A DNA stretch of 64,000 nt from Candidatus Entotheonellaceae bacterium (GCA_965238075.1 OZ250173.1:704001-768000); one strand, 5' to 3'. Counted from the first letter of the stretch, positions 48,011 to 58,421 are shown. The notes: generated by a model not told the origin, from the letters alone. Numbers and translations are program-made.

Positions 48011-49270
48011 CTAATCCTTGAACGCCGGGATGATGTGCTTGGCGAACATCTCCAACTGGCGTTCCTGCTCGTCCCACGACATCATGCCTTGGTCGAAGAA
48101 CCAGCCGAACCATTCCAGCTCGCCGTCGCCTTCGTGCATCTTGTGCAGGTTTTCGATCTCCCGCTTCACCTGATCGGGGGTGCCGGCCAGGGCGTACTTG
48201 ACGTCGCGCATACGCTGCATGGTCCACTCCTTGGGCGGCAGCGGGGTGTACGGGTCGAGAGGGTACTGCTTGGCGTCGTCGGGCGAGCGGTGCGCCTCGA
48301 AGAAACCGAACGGCCCGAAGAACTCTTTGAAGCTGGCGAAATTGGTTTTGGCCAGCAGGTCCACGGCCTCCTGCTCGTTGTTGCCGAAGTGCACGGAGCG
48401 CACCGCGCCCAGGGCCTCACCGAATTTGAGGCCGCGGCCTTCATCGTTGGCCGAGTCCTGATAGACCTTGGCGATGTGCCGGAAACTCTCCGGGTGGGCG
48501 GTCAAAATCCACGGCGTGATGCCCTGCTTGGCGCACCAGAGGATCGTCCGCTCGCTGGCGCCGAAGGGCTGCATCATGGGCGGGTGCGGCTTCTGATAGG
48601 GCGCCGGGATGACGCACACGTTGCGGATGGCGCCGTTTTCGTCCAGTTCGCCGGGGGCGCCGTAGGTGTTCGTGAATTCCGTAATCGGCCAGCGGGTGAT
48701 GCCGGTGTCGTACGGGTAAGGCACCTTGTAATACTCGCCGTCGTGGTTGAAGGTCTCCTGCGTCCAGGCTTTCTTGACGACCTTGACCGCTTCCTCGAAT
48801 ACCGCGCGGTTATGGTTGTCCACGGCGCTGCCGTCCATGGTGGCGCCGGTGGAGTGGTACTGCTGCCCCATGATGTTGACCCAGCGGTCCTGGTAGCCGC
48901 GGGCGAAGCCGACGTACAGGCGGCCCTTGCTGAGGTGATCGAACACCGCCACTTCTTCCGCCACCCGGATTGGGTCCCAGGCAGCCAGGACGAGGCCGAG
49001 GGGGGCGAACTTGAGCCGTTCGGTACGGGCCGCCAGGTCCGTGTACAGGAGCATGGGCGCGACGGAGGCTTCCATGCCCTCGGAGTGCATGTGATGCTCG
49101 GTAGTTCCCATCACGTCGAACCCCGCCTGGTCGGCAAAAACGGCCATCTTGCGCAATTCGTCGATCATCTGCTGATACTTGTCGTGATTCCTGCCGATGG
49201 GCCTGAGTTGCTCGCGTTCCGCGAACGTTTCGGCCGGGACGGTCGGCAGGGCAAACAGCATGAATTTCAC
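48011..49270 (-). CDS. LLM-class flavin-dependent oxidoreductase
   Basis: GFD..TTEHHMH, DPIRVAEEVA.FDHLSKGR, P.QKPHPP; GTG start with AGGAGG RBS. Confidence 0.9.
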   Translation of the reverse strand: MKFMLFALPTVPAETFAEREQLRPIGRNHDKYQQMIDELRKMAVFADQAGFDVMGTTEHHMHSEGMEASVAPMLLYTDLAARTERLKFAPLGLVLAAWDPIRVAEEVAVFDHLSKGRLYVGFARGYQDRWVNIMGQQYHSTGATMDGSAVDNHNRAVFEEAVKVVKKAWTQETFNHDGEYYKVPYPYDTGITRWPITEFTNTYGAPGELDENGAIRNVCVIPAPYQKPHPPMMQPFGASERTILWCAKQGITPWILTAHPESFRHIAKVYQDSANDEGRGLKFGEALGAVRSVHFGNNEQEAVDLLAKTNFASFKEFFGPFGFFEAHRSPDDAKQYPLDPYTPLPPKEWTMQRMRDVKYALAGTPDQVKREIENLHKMHEGDGELEWFGWFFDQGMMSWDEQERQLEMFAKHIIPAFKD

Positions 49271-49445
49271 GCCACACCTCCTGTGTTTTCCACCGGTTGC
49301 AAGGAAGCTTGAAACGAGGGCGGCATTGTAGGTGAGGCGTAGGGACAGCGCAAGCGGCCGGCCTGGACTTGCCTCCTGCGGCAGGATAGGGTGGAAGCCT
49401 TCGGGAAAGGGGACGGCAAGGGTCTCTTTGGGAAATGATACCTGC

Positions 49446-50528
49446 ATGGAATTCTTCAAAAGCGTCGGCGCGGCACTGCCGGACAACGCCTGGGGCGTAG
49501 CGGTATTTGTCACCGTTTTCGCCACCCTGCTGGCGCATTACCTGGTAAAACGCCTGTTCGACCGTCTGGCAAGGCGGTTCGAGCGCACCGACAACATCTA
49601 TGACGACGCCATACTGGCGGCGGCCCGCAAACCCATTCGCTGGGGCATCTGGTCGCTCGGCCTTCTGTTCGCCGCCGAGTTGGCCGGCCGGGGCTCGACA
49701 TCGGAGCTAGTCGGTTACATCGACCCCCTGCGTGACATCCTTGTCGTCGTTCTGCTGGCCTGGTTCGTGGAGCGCGCCATCAGCCTGGTTGAGGCGCACG
49801 TCACGGATCCAAATTACCGCCCGGACCCCACGGACAGGGCCACCGCAGGCGCCATAAGCAAGCTGCTGCGCGTCTCCGTGCTGATTACCGCCATGCTCAT
49901 GGCGATGCAGTCGCTGGGTTTCTCGGTTGCCGGGTTGCTCGCGTTTGGGGGCCTCGGCGGCATCGCCGTGGGGTTCGCGGCGCGCGATCTGCTGGCCAAC
50001 TGCTTCGGGGCGCTGACGATCTTCCTCGACCGACCCTTTGCGGTGGGCGACTGGATTCGCTCGCCGGACCGCGACATCGAGGGCACCGTGGAGGCCATCG
50101 GCTGGCGCCTGACGCGCATCCGCACCTTCGACCTGCGGCCGCTTTACGTTCCCAACTCGGCGTTTACCACGCTGTCGGTGGAAAACCCATCACGCATGCA
50201 CAACCGCCGCATATACGAAATCATAGGCGTGCGGTACGACGATATCGGTGTGTTACCAGCGCTCATCGGCGACGTTCGCCGTCTGCTCACCAACCACGAC
50301 GGCATCGCTGCCGACCGGCTGATGATGGTCAATTTTCTGCGATTCGGACCCTCGTCGCTGGATTTCATGGTCTACGCCTACACCAAGACCGTCGTGTGGA
50401 CCGAGTATCACGCCCTCAAGGAAGACATTCTTTTCGAGATTGCCCGCGTCATCTCCCGTCACGGCGCGGCGATTGCTTTTCCGACCCGAACCGTGCAGAT
50501 TGCCCGGCCGCCGAGCCCGGAACCGTAG
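49446..50528 (+). CDS. MscS family mechanosensitive channel
   Basis: AVGFAARD.LAN, PFAVGDWI, GTVE.IGWR.T.IR, AFPTRT. Confidence 0.93.
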   Translation: MEFFKSVGAALPDNAWGVAVFVTVFATLLAHYLVKRLFDRLARRFERTDNIYDDAILAAARKPIRWGIWSLGLLFAAELAGRGSTSELVGYIDPLRDILVVVLLAWFVERAISLVEAHVTDPNYRPDPTDRATAGAISKLLRVSVLITAMLMAMQSLGFSVAGLLAFGGLGGIAVGFAARDLLANCFGALTIFLDRPFAVGDWIRSPDRDIEGTVEAIGWRLTRIRTFDLRPLYVPNSAFTTLSVENPSRMHNRRIYEIIGVRYDDIGVLPALIGDVRRLLTNHDGIAADRLMMVNFLRFGPSSLDFMVYAYTKTVVWTEYHALKEDILFEIARVISRHGAAIAFPTRTVQIARPPSPEP

Positions 50529-50546
50529 GCACGGCATGGCCGCCAT

Positions 50547-51062
50547 TCATCCCTTGGCAGTCCCGTATTGCCGTTGCAATTGGCTGATCACCAGGCGGTC
50601 AGTGGGAAAGGCGAGATTGTCCGGCACCTCGTGCAAGGCCACCCAGACCACCTGGTCAACGTCGTCATCCGCTTGCAGCGTGCCCTCCAACACCTCCCCC
50701 AGGAACCAGATGCCGACCGTATGCGCCGCCGGGTCGTGAAAATTCGAGTGCACGGCGTAGACGCTGCCAACCTCAACGAGCAAACCGGTCTCTTCCCGGA
50801 ATTCGCGCCTCGCCGCCTCGCGCACGTCTTCGTCGTACTCGACGTAACCGCACGGAATGCACCAGTCGCCCCGGTACGCGCCACGAGAACGGCGGGCCAG
50901 TACAATTCTGCCCGCCTGCAACACGATGACGGCGACGCCCACGGCCGGATTCTGCCAGAAGATTAACCGACACGCCGGGCACACCAGGCGTTCGCGGCCA
51001 TGCAGCACCTGGTGTGTGAAAGCGGCGGCGCAGCGTGGACAATACGGGTAGGTGCGTGGCAC
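50547..51062 (-). CDS. NUDIX hydrolase with N-terminal zinc ribbon
   Basis: CPRC..CPAC; GYVEYDEDVREAARREFREETG. Confidence 0.9.
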   Translation of the reverse strand: MPRTYPYCPRCAAAFTHQVLHGRERLVCPACRLIFWQNPAVGVAVIVLQAGRIVLARRSRGAYRGDWCIPCGYVEYDEDVREAARREFREETGLLVEVGSVYAVHSNFHDPAAHTVGIWFLGEVLEGTLQADDDVDQVVWVALHEVPDNLAFPTDRLVISQLQRQYGTAKG

Positions 51063-51155
51063 AGAAGGACCCTTTCCTCAGAATTGCGTGTCGCGCGGCA
51101 GTGTGTGTATAGTGCTGACGAACCCCGATATTCCCCATGCGAGAGGAGCTTGAAC

Positions 51156-51695
51156 ATGTCGTCCGAAACAGCGGCATCTCCCGCCGATACCGCCCTGCCA
51201 ACCATCCCGCAGCCGCTGCTGGACGCCATCTACGCCCACGCTCGCGAGACCTATCCCGACGAGTGCTGCGGGTTTCTCATGGCGCCGCAGGGCGGTCCGG
51301 CGATCGACGAAGTACGCCCGTGCGTCAACGAGCAGAATCGCTACCACGCTCTCGACCCGGAGCGCTTTCCGCGCACGGCGCGCGAGGCTTATTACCTCGG
51401 CGGCAAGGATTTGAGATTCCTGCTCGAGAGCGTCTCCGGCGAGCGGCCGGTGAAGATCATCTACCACTCCCACCCCGATGTCGGCGCCTACTTTTCTGCC
51501 GAGGACACTCGCGCCGCGCTGGGCCGCGAGCCCGATGACAGCGCCGAGCCCCTCTACCCGGTGGACCACATCGTCATCGACGCGCAAGCCGACCACGTTG
51601 CCGAGGCCAAGCTCTTTCGCTGGGACGGCCGGCAGCGTTCCTTTGTGCATGTCGACACGTACGCCGGTGAACGCCCCGCCGTCACTGGTCCTTGA
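51156..51695 (+). CDS. JAB/MPN (Mov34) metalloprotease, Mec-like
   Basis: YPDECCG; YHSHPD...FSAED. Confidence 0.88.
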   Translation: MSSETAASPADTALPTIPQPLLDAIYAHARETYPDECCGFLMAPQGGPAIDEVRPCVNEQNRYHALDPERFPRTAREAYYLGGKDLRFLLESVSGERPVKIIYHSHPDVGAYFSAEDTRAALGREPDDSAEPLYPVDHIVIDAQADHVAEAKLFRWDGRQRSFVHVDTYAGERPAVTGP

Positions 51696-52021
51696 TGCGC
51701 ACGCTCTGTTCCAGGACTTCTCACGAGTGTCTAGCAGTTAGAAGTTCATGTACAGACTTGTTGCAGGAGCGACCGGCATTTCACCGACCCTTTCGGGACA
51801 TCAATTGCCCAGTCATTTCCAGCTCAGGACACCAGACCCGCCTTATGACGTAGACGCCATACCGCCCGTGTTTTGCAAGGCTCATAACGCGCTTGATAAG
51901 GCATCTGTTACATAAATCCCAATGTAGAACTGGGTAGAAAACCTGCGACTTTTCTATTACCTTCTAAGCAGGCAAGACCGTTTAGCGTGTGACCAAACGC
52001 ATTTGAATAGGGAGAAAGTCA

Positions 52022-53230
52022 ATGTTAAGACCACTCTATGCAGCGTTGGGTGTTCTCACGGTTGGTTTCGTCATGTTGGCGACCAGCAGCGCGTATGGGC
52101 AGGTGCACTCGCGGGTGCACCCGGTTCCAGCGGTGCTTAAACAGATCATCGCCAGCTTTGACAACCCGGAAGGCTCCATCTTCAGTGCGGATGGACGTTT
52201 CGTATTCATTACCAGCGCCGCTGAGCTTGGCCCCAGCCGCTCGGACGGCTTTGGGTGGGGCGAGGGCGAATCCTACATCAGCAAGCTCGAAGTTCTGGCG
52301 TCGGGCGAGTTGAAGATGGTGAATGACAAACTCATCACCGGCTTGACCGGAGGTGTGGGAATGGGCGTTCTGCCGGTGGATACGGCGACGTTTCCCGCCG
52401 GAACGATTTTTGCCTGTTTGCCCCACGCGCCGTTGCGAGATGGCGATGGACAGGTGATCACGGACCGCAATCGGATGCGCTCGAAACTCCTCGCCTTCAA
52501 CACCGACGGGCAGACGCTCGGTGAGATTGATATGGGACACGGATCGCTCTTCGAGGAGATCAACGGCAGTCCTGTCCTCATTCCCAATGCCATTGGGTTC
52601 GATGCCAGCGGCAATCTCTTTGTAACCGATACCGCGTTGGCCGGTGGTCAGTTTGAACCGCCCTTTGAAGATAAAGGCGGCGTCTGGATGATTCCCGTCG
52701 GCGCTATAGACGATCTCGCCGCCGGCAAGCGCCCGGCGCAACCACCGATTTTCCTGCCGGTTCCCGGCAAACCGGACGGGGTCGAAGTCTCTCATCTGGA
52801 CGGCAAGGTGTATATAAACACGGTAGGCCTGGCGGCTGGAGCCCCGGATCCGATTGGCGGCGGCATCTATGCCCTGACCATGAGCAACTTCGAGACCGGC
52901 GATCTGCCGCCTCCGATTGATCGCGACCTGGGCGCGTTGGACGGTCTGGTTTTCACGCGCGGCGGCACGATGCTCAACACGCAGATCCGCGCTGGTTTCC
53001 CGAGTTACCTCACGGTGAACTGCCCCGGGAAAATCGCGACCGTGCTGGCAATCGAGCCCGGCGGGAGTGCCGCGGATCTGAGCGGGCCGGCCGATATCGC
53101 CATACGTCAATTGCCTGACGGCAGTCACCTGGTCGTCATTCCGGAACTCATGGCTCGTGATGATACGCCGGGAGATGACGAGGTCACGGTCGTGTTGTTG
53201 CCGCCCGATTTTGATGCGGCCTGTGAATAA
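52022..53230 (+). CDS. Secreted beta-propeller protein (SMP-30/gluconolactonase-like)
   Basis: Signal peptide; NPEG, PNAI..D..GNLFVTDT, PDG, LDGL, GPADI repeats. Confidence 0.7.
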   Translation: MLRPLYAALGVLTVGFVMLATSSAYGQVHSRVHPVPAVLKQIIASFDNPEGSIFSADGRFVFITSAAELGPSRSDGFGWGEGESYISKLEVLASGELKMVNDKLITGLTGGVGMGVLPVDTATFPAGTIFACLPHAPLRDGDGQVITDRNRMRSKLLAFNTDGQTLGEIDMGHGSLFEEINGSPVLIPNAIGFDASGNLFVTDTALAGGQFEPPFEDKGGVWMIPVGAIDDLAAGKRPAQPPIFLPVPGKPDGVEVSHLDGKVYINTVGLAAGAPDPIGGGIYALTMSNFETGDLPPPIDRDLGALDGLVFTRGGTMLNTQIRAGFPSYLTVNCPGKIATVLAIEPGGSAADLSGPADIAIRQLPDGSHLVVIPELMARDDTPGDDEVTVVLLPPDFDAACE

Positions 53231-53328
53231 GTAGAACGACAAGGGTAGCTCATTGCCGGAAACCGGACGTCAGGGATCAGGGTCCAAGGCAAGAGCTGCC
53301 CAACCTCTCCCCTGGGGACAGACAGATC

Positions 53329-53723
53329 GTGGCAACCACCCTGCTGCTGTCGAAAATCCTCGGACCCCTGCTGCTGCTGCGCGGCGTCTCAATCCTCATC
53401 GACCGTCGCCACCTCGTCGCCATGCTTGACGGGTTGGAAAAGGAGGCGACCTCCGTTGCCTTTTCGGTTTTTCCAACCATTTTGATCATGGCGAGTATCG
53501 CCCTGGCAGTGACCCACTCGGACACGTCGAATCCCGCAGCCACATCCTCCACGCCATCGCCTGGATCGGCATCCTGAAAGGGGCGGTGTTGGTCCTCTGG
53601 CCCAAGACGGTGCTTGCCAAAGCCCGTCTCGTTGGCGAGGCCGGCTTTCTACACGTCGTCTGGGTCGTTTGTACCGGGCTGGGTGCGTATTTCACCTGGT
53701 TCGGGTATTTCCGCGCGCCTTGA
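53329..53723 (+). pseudogene. Frameshifted small membrane protein
   Basis: TM-rich reading continues in another frame after ~53545 (ILHAIAWIGILKG..WFGYFRAP*). Confidence 0.65.
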
Positions 53724-53804
53724 CGGAGAGCATCCGGTCCCTTAACGCCGCCCCATGTCACCTTTGCCCACGCCGCTGACGCTTCCGACACATCGGCCAC
53801 CTCG

Positions 53805-54710
53805 TCATCCTGTGCCAGCATCAGAAACATGGGGAGCCGCGCTTCCGTATTGATGCACCAGGGGCATGCCCGGATGCGGCGTCCGAAAGCTGGGCAGCGC
53901 GGTGCCTTCGAGGTTGCCTACGTAGGCCGTGCACAGATCGTCGCCGCCGAAACAGAGATTGCTGGGGCGCGGCAGGATGGTGCCGGAGGGGTCGTCCACC
54001 AGGATGTGCCAGTCCGCCTCCGGTGTCAGCACGCCGATGGCGTTGCGGAACGGCATGGTGACCCACAGGTTGCCGGCCTGATCGAAGGAGCAGCCGTCGG
54101 GGTAGGAATTCTCGCCCAGGTGCGGACCGAACTGCTCGCGCGCGCCCAGGGTGCCGTCGGCGCGCACCGGAAAGCGCATGATGCGGATGGTCGAGGTCTC
54201 GGCGATGTAGAGGTATTCCTCCGCGGCGTCGAGGGTGAGGCCGTTAGCGAAATACACCTCGGAGGCGGCGAGGCGCGGCTTGCCGTCCTCGATCACTGCG
54301 ATGGCGCCGTCGGGCCGCGGCTCCCATATCGCGGGCCGGCGCGGCTCCGCGTCGGTGGAGTGGGACACCCAGATGCGGCCCTTGCTGTCGACGAACGGGA
54401 AATTAGGCGCCTTCAGGGCGCGGCCGTCGGCGTGCGTCGCCAGCAGTTCGTGCCGGCCATCGGGGTGCAGCCGCTGCACCTGACCGTTGCCGATGTTGGC
54501 CACGATGATATCGCCCGTGGTGTCGATGCAAATGCCGTTTGGCATACCCTGCAAATCCCCCACCAAGGTATGCTCGCCGTCGGGCGTGATGCGAGCGCAG
54601 CCACCGCGCTCGTCAGCCGCCCAAACGGTGCCGTCGCGGGCCACCATGGCGCCTTCCGGGCGGTGCAGATCGTGACTGAATTGGGTGATGTCCGACAGCG
54701 CGAGTTGCAT
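53805..54710 (-). CDS. SMP-30/gluconolactonase/LRE family protein
   Basis: RPEG, PNG, FANGL, YPDG..FD.AGNLW, SNLCFGG.D. Confidence 0.9.
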   Translation of the reverse strand: MQLALSDITQFSHDLHRPEGAMVARDGTVWAADERGGCARITPDGEHTLVGDLQGMPNGICIDTTGDIIVANIGNGQVQRLHPDGRHELLATHADGRALKAPNFPFVDSKGRIWVSHSTDAEPRRPAIWEPRPDGAIAVIEDGKPRLAASEVYFANGLTLDAAEEYLYIAETSTIRIMRFPVRADGTLGAREQFGPHLGENSYPDGCSFDQAGNLWVTMPFRNAIGVLTPEADWHILVDDPSGTILPRPSNLCFGGDDLCTAYVGNLEGTALPSFRTPHPGMPLVHQYGSAAPHVSDAGTG

Positions 54711-54916
54711 GCGATTCCTCCGGGTAGGGGTGCGTCAGATGCTGGTTTGAAGGGCCGCCACTATAGCGGACGGCCTTGGACGGTACAAGCCGCGGGCTGT
54801 CTTGACATCCCCATCGCCGCCGTCGCATGATGCCTCGCCGGGGGCTCTTCCCCGCACGCCTGCAATACCCTCGACACCCTGCCGTATGGCCACATTACGA
54901 AACGATCGGAGACGCG

Positions 54917-55945
54917 ATGCAATATACGAAGCTCGGGCGCACCGGCATGACGGTGTCGCGAATCTGTCTTGGATGCATGAGTTACGGTGGCGGCGAGCAG
55001 CCCGCCTGGGCGCGGCCGCGCGACTGGGCCTTGAGCAAGGAGGAAGCCCGCGAGCACTTTGCCGTGGCGCTGGAGGCCGGCGTTACCTTTTTCGACACTG
55101 CCGACGTGTACTCGGTGGGTCTGAGCGAGACCATTACGGGCCATTGGCTGGGCGAGATGGCGGAGCGCGACGACATCGTGGTCGCCACCAAGGTGAACGG
55201 CGCCTTGGGACCGGGCCCCAACCGCCGCGGCCTGAGCCGCAAGCACATCATCGAGGCGTGCGAGAACTCGCTGCGCCGGCTCAATATGGACTACATCGAC
55301 CTCTACCAGATCCATCGATGGGACCCGACCACTCCGATCGAGGAAACGCTCGATGCACTCGACTCGCTGGTGCGCTCCGGCAAGGTGCGGTATCTGGGCG
55401 CCAGCAGCATGGCGGCGTGGCAGTTTTCCCAGGCGTTGTACGTGGCGCGCGAGCACGGCTGGCACCGCTTTGTGGCCATGCAGAACCATTACAACCTGAT
55501 CTACCGCGAGGAAGAGCGGGAGATGATCCCGCTGTGTATGGATCAGGGGGTGGGGCTCATTCCGTGGAGTCCGCTGGCGCGAGGATTCTTCGCTGGCAAC
55601 CGTCAGGGCGAAGACGAGGCATCGTCCACCAAACGGGCGCAGACCGATGCGTATGCGCAGCAGATGTACTTCCGGGACAACGATTTCAAGATCGCCGCCG
55701 CCGTGCAGCAGGTCGCCCGGCAGCGCGGGGTGACGCCGACCCAGATCGCCTGTGCCTGGATTCTACAGGCGCCGGGCGTCACCGCACCGATCATCGGCGC
55801 CACCAAGCTTCATCACCTCAAGGAGACCTTTGCCGCCGTCGATATCACGCTCAGCACCGAGGAAGTGGCGGCACTCGAGGAACCCTACCAACCCCATCCC
55901 ATTCTCGGCCACGAGCAGCCCAAACCGGCGGACATGGCCGGATAA
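54917..55945 (+). CDS. Aldo/keto reductase
   Basis: LGCMSYG, FDTADVYS, DYIDLYQIHRWD, QNHYNL, PWSPLARG. Confidence 0.95.
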   Translation: MQYTKLGRTGMTVSRICLGCMSYGGGEQPAWARPRDWALSKEEAREHFAVALEAGVTFFDTADVYSVGLSETITGHWLGEMAERDDIVVATKVNGALGPGPNRRGLSRKHIIEACENSLRRLNMDYIDLYQIHRWDPTTPIEETLDALDSLVRSGKVRYLGASSMAAWQFSQALYVAREHGWHRFVAMQNHYNLIYREEEREMIPLCMDQGVGLIPWSPLARGFFAGNRQGEDEASSTKRAQTDAYAQQMYFRDNDFKIAAAVQQVARQRGVTPTQIACAWILQAPGVTAPIIGATKLHHLKETFAAVDITLSTEEVAALEEPYQPHPILGHEQPKPADMAG

Positions 55946-55956
55946 CACGCGACTTC

Positions 55957-56403
55957 TCAGCCGTAGCGGGGATGCCAGGAACCGCTCCAAGTGGTCATTT
56001 TGCTCGGTGTCAGCTTCAACAGGTAACGGGGCTTGCCGAGCGTGCCGCGCAGGTAGGTAAGCCCCGCCTCGCCGCCGTAGCGTTGGGCCATTTCGGTGGC
56101 GATCTCCAACATTTGACCCTCCATCTTGACCGGCCCGGCCACGACTTCGATGTTGCCTTCGATCAGCACGCGGGGGTGCGCCGGGTCAACGTCGTCGGCG
56201 CAAGAGACGGCAACCCGCGCCTCGTGCCGGATGTGGGCGACGAAGCGGGATTTTTCGCGCGGAATGACGTACATCGACGTGCCGTCCCAGTACTGCCACA
56301 CCGGCACCACGTACGGCGCACCGTCGGGCTTCACGGTTGCCAGACGGGCGTTGATCGGGCCCGCCAGCAAGGCGTCGATCTGGGATTTGCTCAACGGCGG
56401 CAT
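55957..56403 (-). CDS. Pyridoxamine 5'-phosphate oxidase-like (PPOX) protein
   Basis: ARLATVKPDGAPYVVPVW. Confidence 0.85.
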   Translation of the reverse strand: MPPLSKSQIDALLAGPINARLATVKPDGAPYVVPVWQYWDGTSMYVIPREKSRFVAHIRHEARVAVSCADDVDPAHPRVLIEGNIEVVAGPVKMEGQMLEIATEMAQRYGGEAGLTYLRGTLGKPRYLLKLTPSKMTTWSGSWHPRYG

Positions 56404-56418
56404 GGTGTGCTCCTCAGA

Positions 56419-57345
56419 TCATACGAATACGACGTGGCCTTCGGCCCACGCCTTGATGAGGTGATGGGCGATGGCGATGGGCGCCGGGACGCGCAGGTCT
56501 GGGTTTTCGTCGCGCAGCCCCGCCAGCACCACGTCGCGGCTGAACCAGCGCACGTCCGTCATTTCCTCGTCGTCGATGTGGATGTCCGTGCTCAGCGCCC
56601 GCCCGTGGCAGCCGATCATCAACGACGCCGGAAACGGCCACGGCTGCGACGAATGGTAGCGCACCTCGCCGACCTCGACCCCCGCCTCTTCCTTCACCTC
56701 GCGTCGTACCGCTTCTTCGATCGACTCGCCCTGGTTCATGAATCCGGCCAAGGCGGAATACATGCCGGTGCGCGACAAGCGGCCGCGGCTCTGGCCCAAC
56801 AGGCAGCGGTCGCCATCGGCCACCAGCATGATGGCAACGGGGTCGGTGCGGGGAAAATGCTCGGCCTTGCAGGCGGGGCACTTGCGCACGATGCCGCCGC
56901 GGCCCTGCGCCGTGCGCCCGCCGCACACGCCGCAGAACCGGTGGCGCTGGTGCCAGTCGATCTGGGAGCGGCTCTGCGCCACGATGCCCGCGTCGGGGCC
57001 GCACAGTTGGGTGGCCGCCGTGCGGGCGTCTTCAAAGCGCCAGCCACCCACCAAGCCCAAGTCGGTAAGTGGCTCTTCCAGAACCGATACGTCGATGGCA
57101 AAGTGCGCCACACCATCCCGCAGGCCGAGAAAAACGGGCGGCACGCCGTTTATGCACGACGCCAGCGCCTCAGGCCCCAGCCAGCCGAGCCGCGTGTCCG
57201 CATCGTCCCGGATCAAGATGTTGAGTTGCCACAATGGCAAAAACCGGCTGCCAGGGTTTCCGGCCTGTTCGTCCAACCATCGCTCATCGCGGCGCTGCAC
57301 GTCGCCGTGGTCGAGCGGGTTACCAGCAAACACGTGTGGGTTCAT
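56419..57345 (-). CDS. nudC: NAD(H) diphosphatase
   Basis: FCGVCG..CPAC..FPRTDP; Nudix box; SQPWPFPASLM. Confidence 0.95.
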   Translation of the reverse strand: MNPHVFAGNPLDHGDVQRRDERWLDEQAGNPGSRFLPLWQLNILIRDDADTRLGWLGPEALASCINGVPPVFLGLRDGVAHFAIDVSVLEEPLTDLGLVGGWRFEDARTAATQLCGPDAGIVAQSRSQIDWHQRHRFCGVCGGRTAQGRGGIVRKCPACKAEHFPRTDPVAIMLVADGDRCLLGQSRGRLSRTGMYSALAGFMNQGESIEEAVRREVKEEAGVEVGEVRYHSSQPWPFPASLMIGCHGRALSTDIHIDDEEMTDVRWFSRDVVLAGLRDENPDLRVPAPIAIAHHLIKAWAEGHVVFV

Positions 57346-57546
57346 GTTCTTCGTTCCGGTTGACAGGTGACGATGTTGAATGGATAAGGCGGCTCGTCGG
57401 CCACCGCTACAACTGATGTAGATTTGTCAGCATACCACTTTGTCAGGCTCAATATACAATGGCCAGACTCCCCCACCGTTCCTTCGGAGGCGACTGGTGT
57501 TGCGCCACACTTGACGGCACCCCTTTAGCGTCATACCGTCACGGCC

Positions 57547-57838
57547 ATGAGGATTCAGAGTGTCAGGCACAAAGGACTCCGGCGCTTCATGAACGATGAT
57601 GACACGTCCGGTCTACCTCCTTCCCACATCGACAGAATCCGAAAAATGCTGGCATTTCTGCAGGATATGGGGCGTGAGGATGAACTACGCGCCGTTCCGG
57701 GCTGGCCGGCCGCATCGACTTACCGAAGAGCGTAGAGGGACGTGGGGCCTCTATGTGACACGGAACTGGCGGATCACCTTCCGCATCGACCGGACCGCGG
57801 GCACTATCACCGATCTCGATTTCGAGGACTACCATTGA
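57547..57838 (+). pseudogene. higB: HigB-like (RelE/ParE) toxin, frameshifted
   Basis: MRIQSVRHKGLRRF..VPGW; apparent extra base near 57706; then RPHRL..VTRNWRITF..DFEDYH. Confidence 0.85.
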
Positions 57839-57849
57839 AGGAGGCCGAC

Positions 57850-58170
57850 ATGGCAGCGACGGGAAACTATAGGGTGAAAAACCCGCCTCATCCAGGAGGA
57901 TTCGTTAAGACCGAGATCATCGAACCTTTGGGGCTTACGGTTACAGCCGCCGCCACGCTTCTCGGCATCACCCGTACCACACTTTCGACCTTCCTGAACG
58001 GGCGCTCCGCACTGTCTCCAGAGATGGCTCTACGCATTGAAAAAGCTTTCGGTGTCAGCATGGATACGCTGATGCGCATGCAGACCAGCTACGATATCTC
58101 GCAGGCGCGTCTCAGGGAGTCGGATATCCGCATTGAGCGTTTCACCGGCGCACCTCTGCTCGAACCGTAG
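57850..58170 (+). CDS. higA: HigA (VapI-like) antitoxin
   Basis: NPPHPG..EIIEPLGL..LSPEMALRIEKAFG..MQTSYD. Confidence 0.92.
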   Translation: MAATGNYRVKNPPHPGGFVKTEIIEPLGLTVTAAATLLGITRTTLSTFLNGRSALSPEMALRIEKAFGVSMDTLMRMQTSYDISQARLRESDIRIERFTGAPLLEP

Positions 58171-58196
58171 GCCGAGTTATACGAGGGCGGACTCCC

Positions 58197-58421
58197 TCAC
58201 GACGCCTGCGGCGGCGTGCTCTCGATCAGGGGATAGCCAAGCTGGCGCAGCCGCTCGGCGGTCCGGCGCAGCCGCTCCGGATCGCTGATGGCCATGGTGG
58301 CTTCGGGGGGACCGAGCCACGTCTTGGTTTTGGGGGTGGCAAAGAGCCGTCCGATGATTTCCTGCGGCCCCCGGATGGTGCCGCCTTCGTAATCGACGTA
58401 AAGGGTTGGCTTGTCGGGCAT
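58197..58421 (-). CDS. Small hypothetical protein
   Basis: AAGGAG RBS; 74-aa ORF. Confidence 0.6.
   Translation of the reverse strand: MPDKPTLYVDYEGGTIRGPQEIIGRLFATPKTKTWLGPPEATMAISDPERLRRTAERLRQLGYPLIESTPPQAS

Noticed and set aside
51700..51760. Possible IS end remnant (gagtgtctagcagttagaagttcatgtacagact)
   Set aside because: No partner inverted repeat or transposase seen in the window; cannot be supported without an ISfinder search
54802..57363. 853-aa + strand ORF, and other long shadow ORFs such as 19194..21269 and 38274..39728
   Set aside because: They overlap recognisable genes in other frames or strands and have low-complexity R/A/G-rich or antisense-type composition, as expected in high-GC DNA
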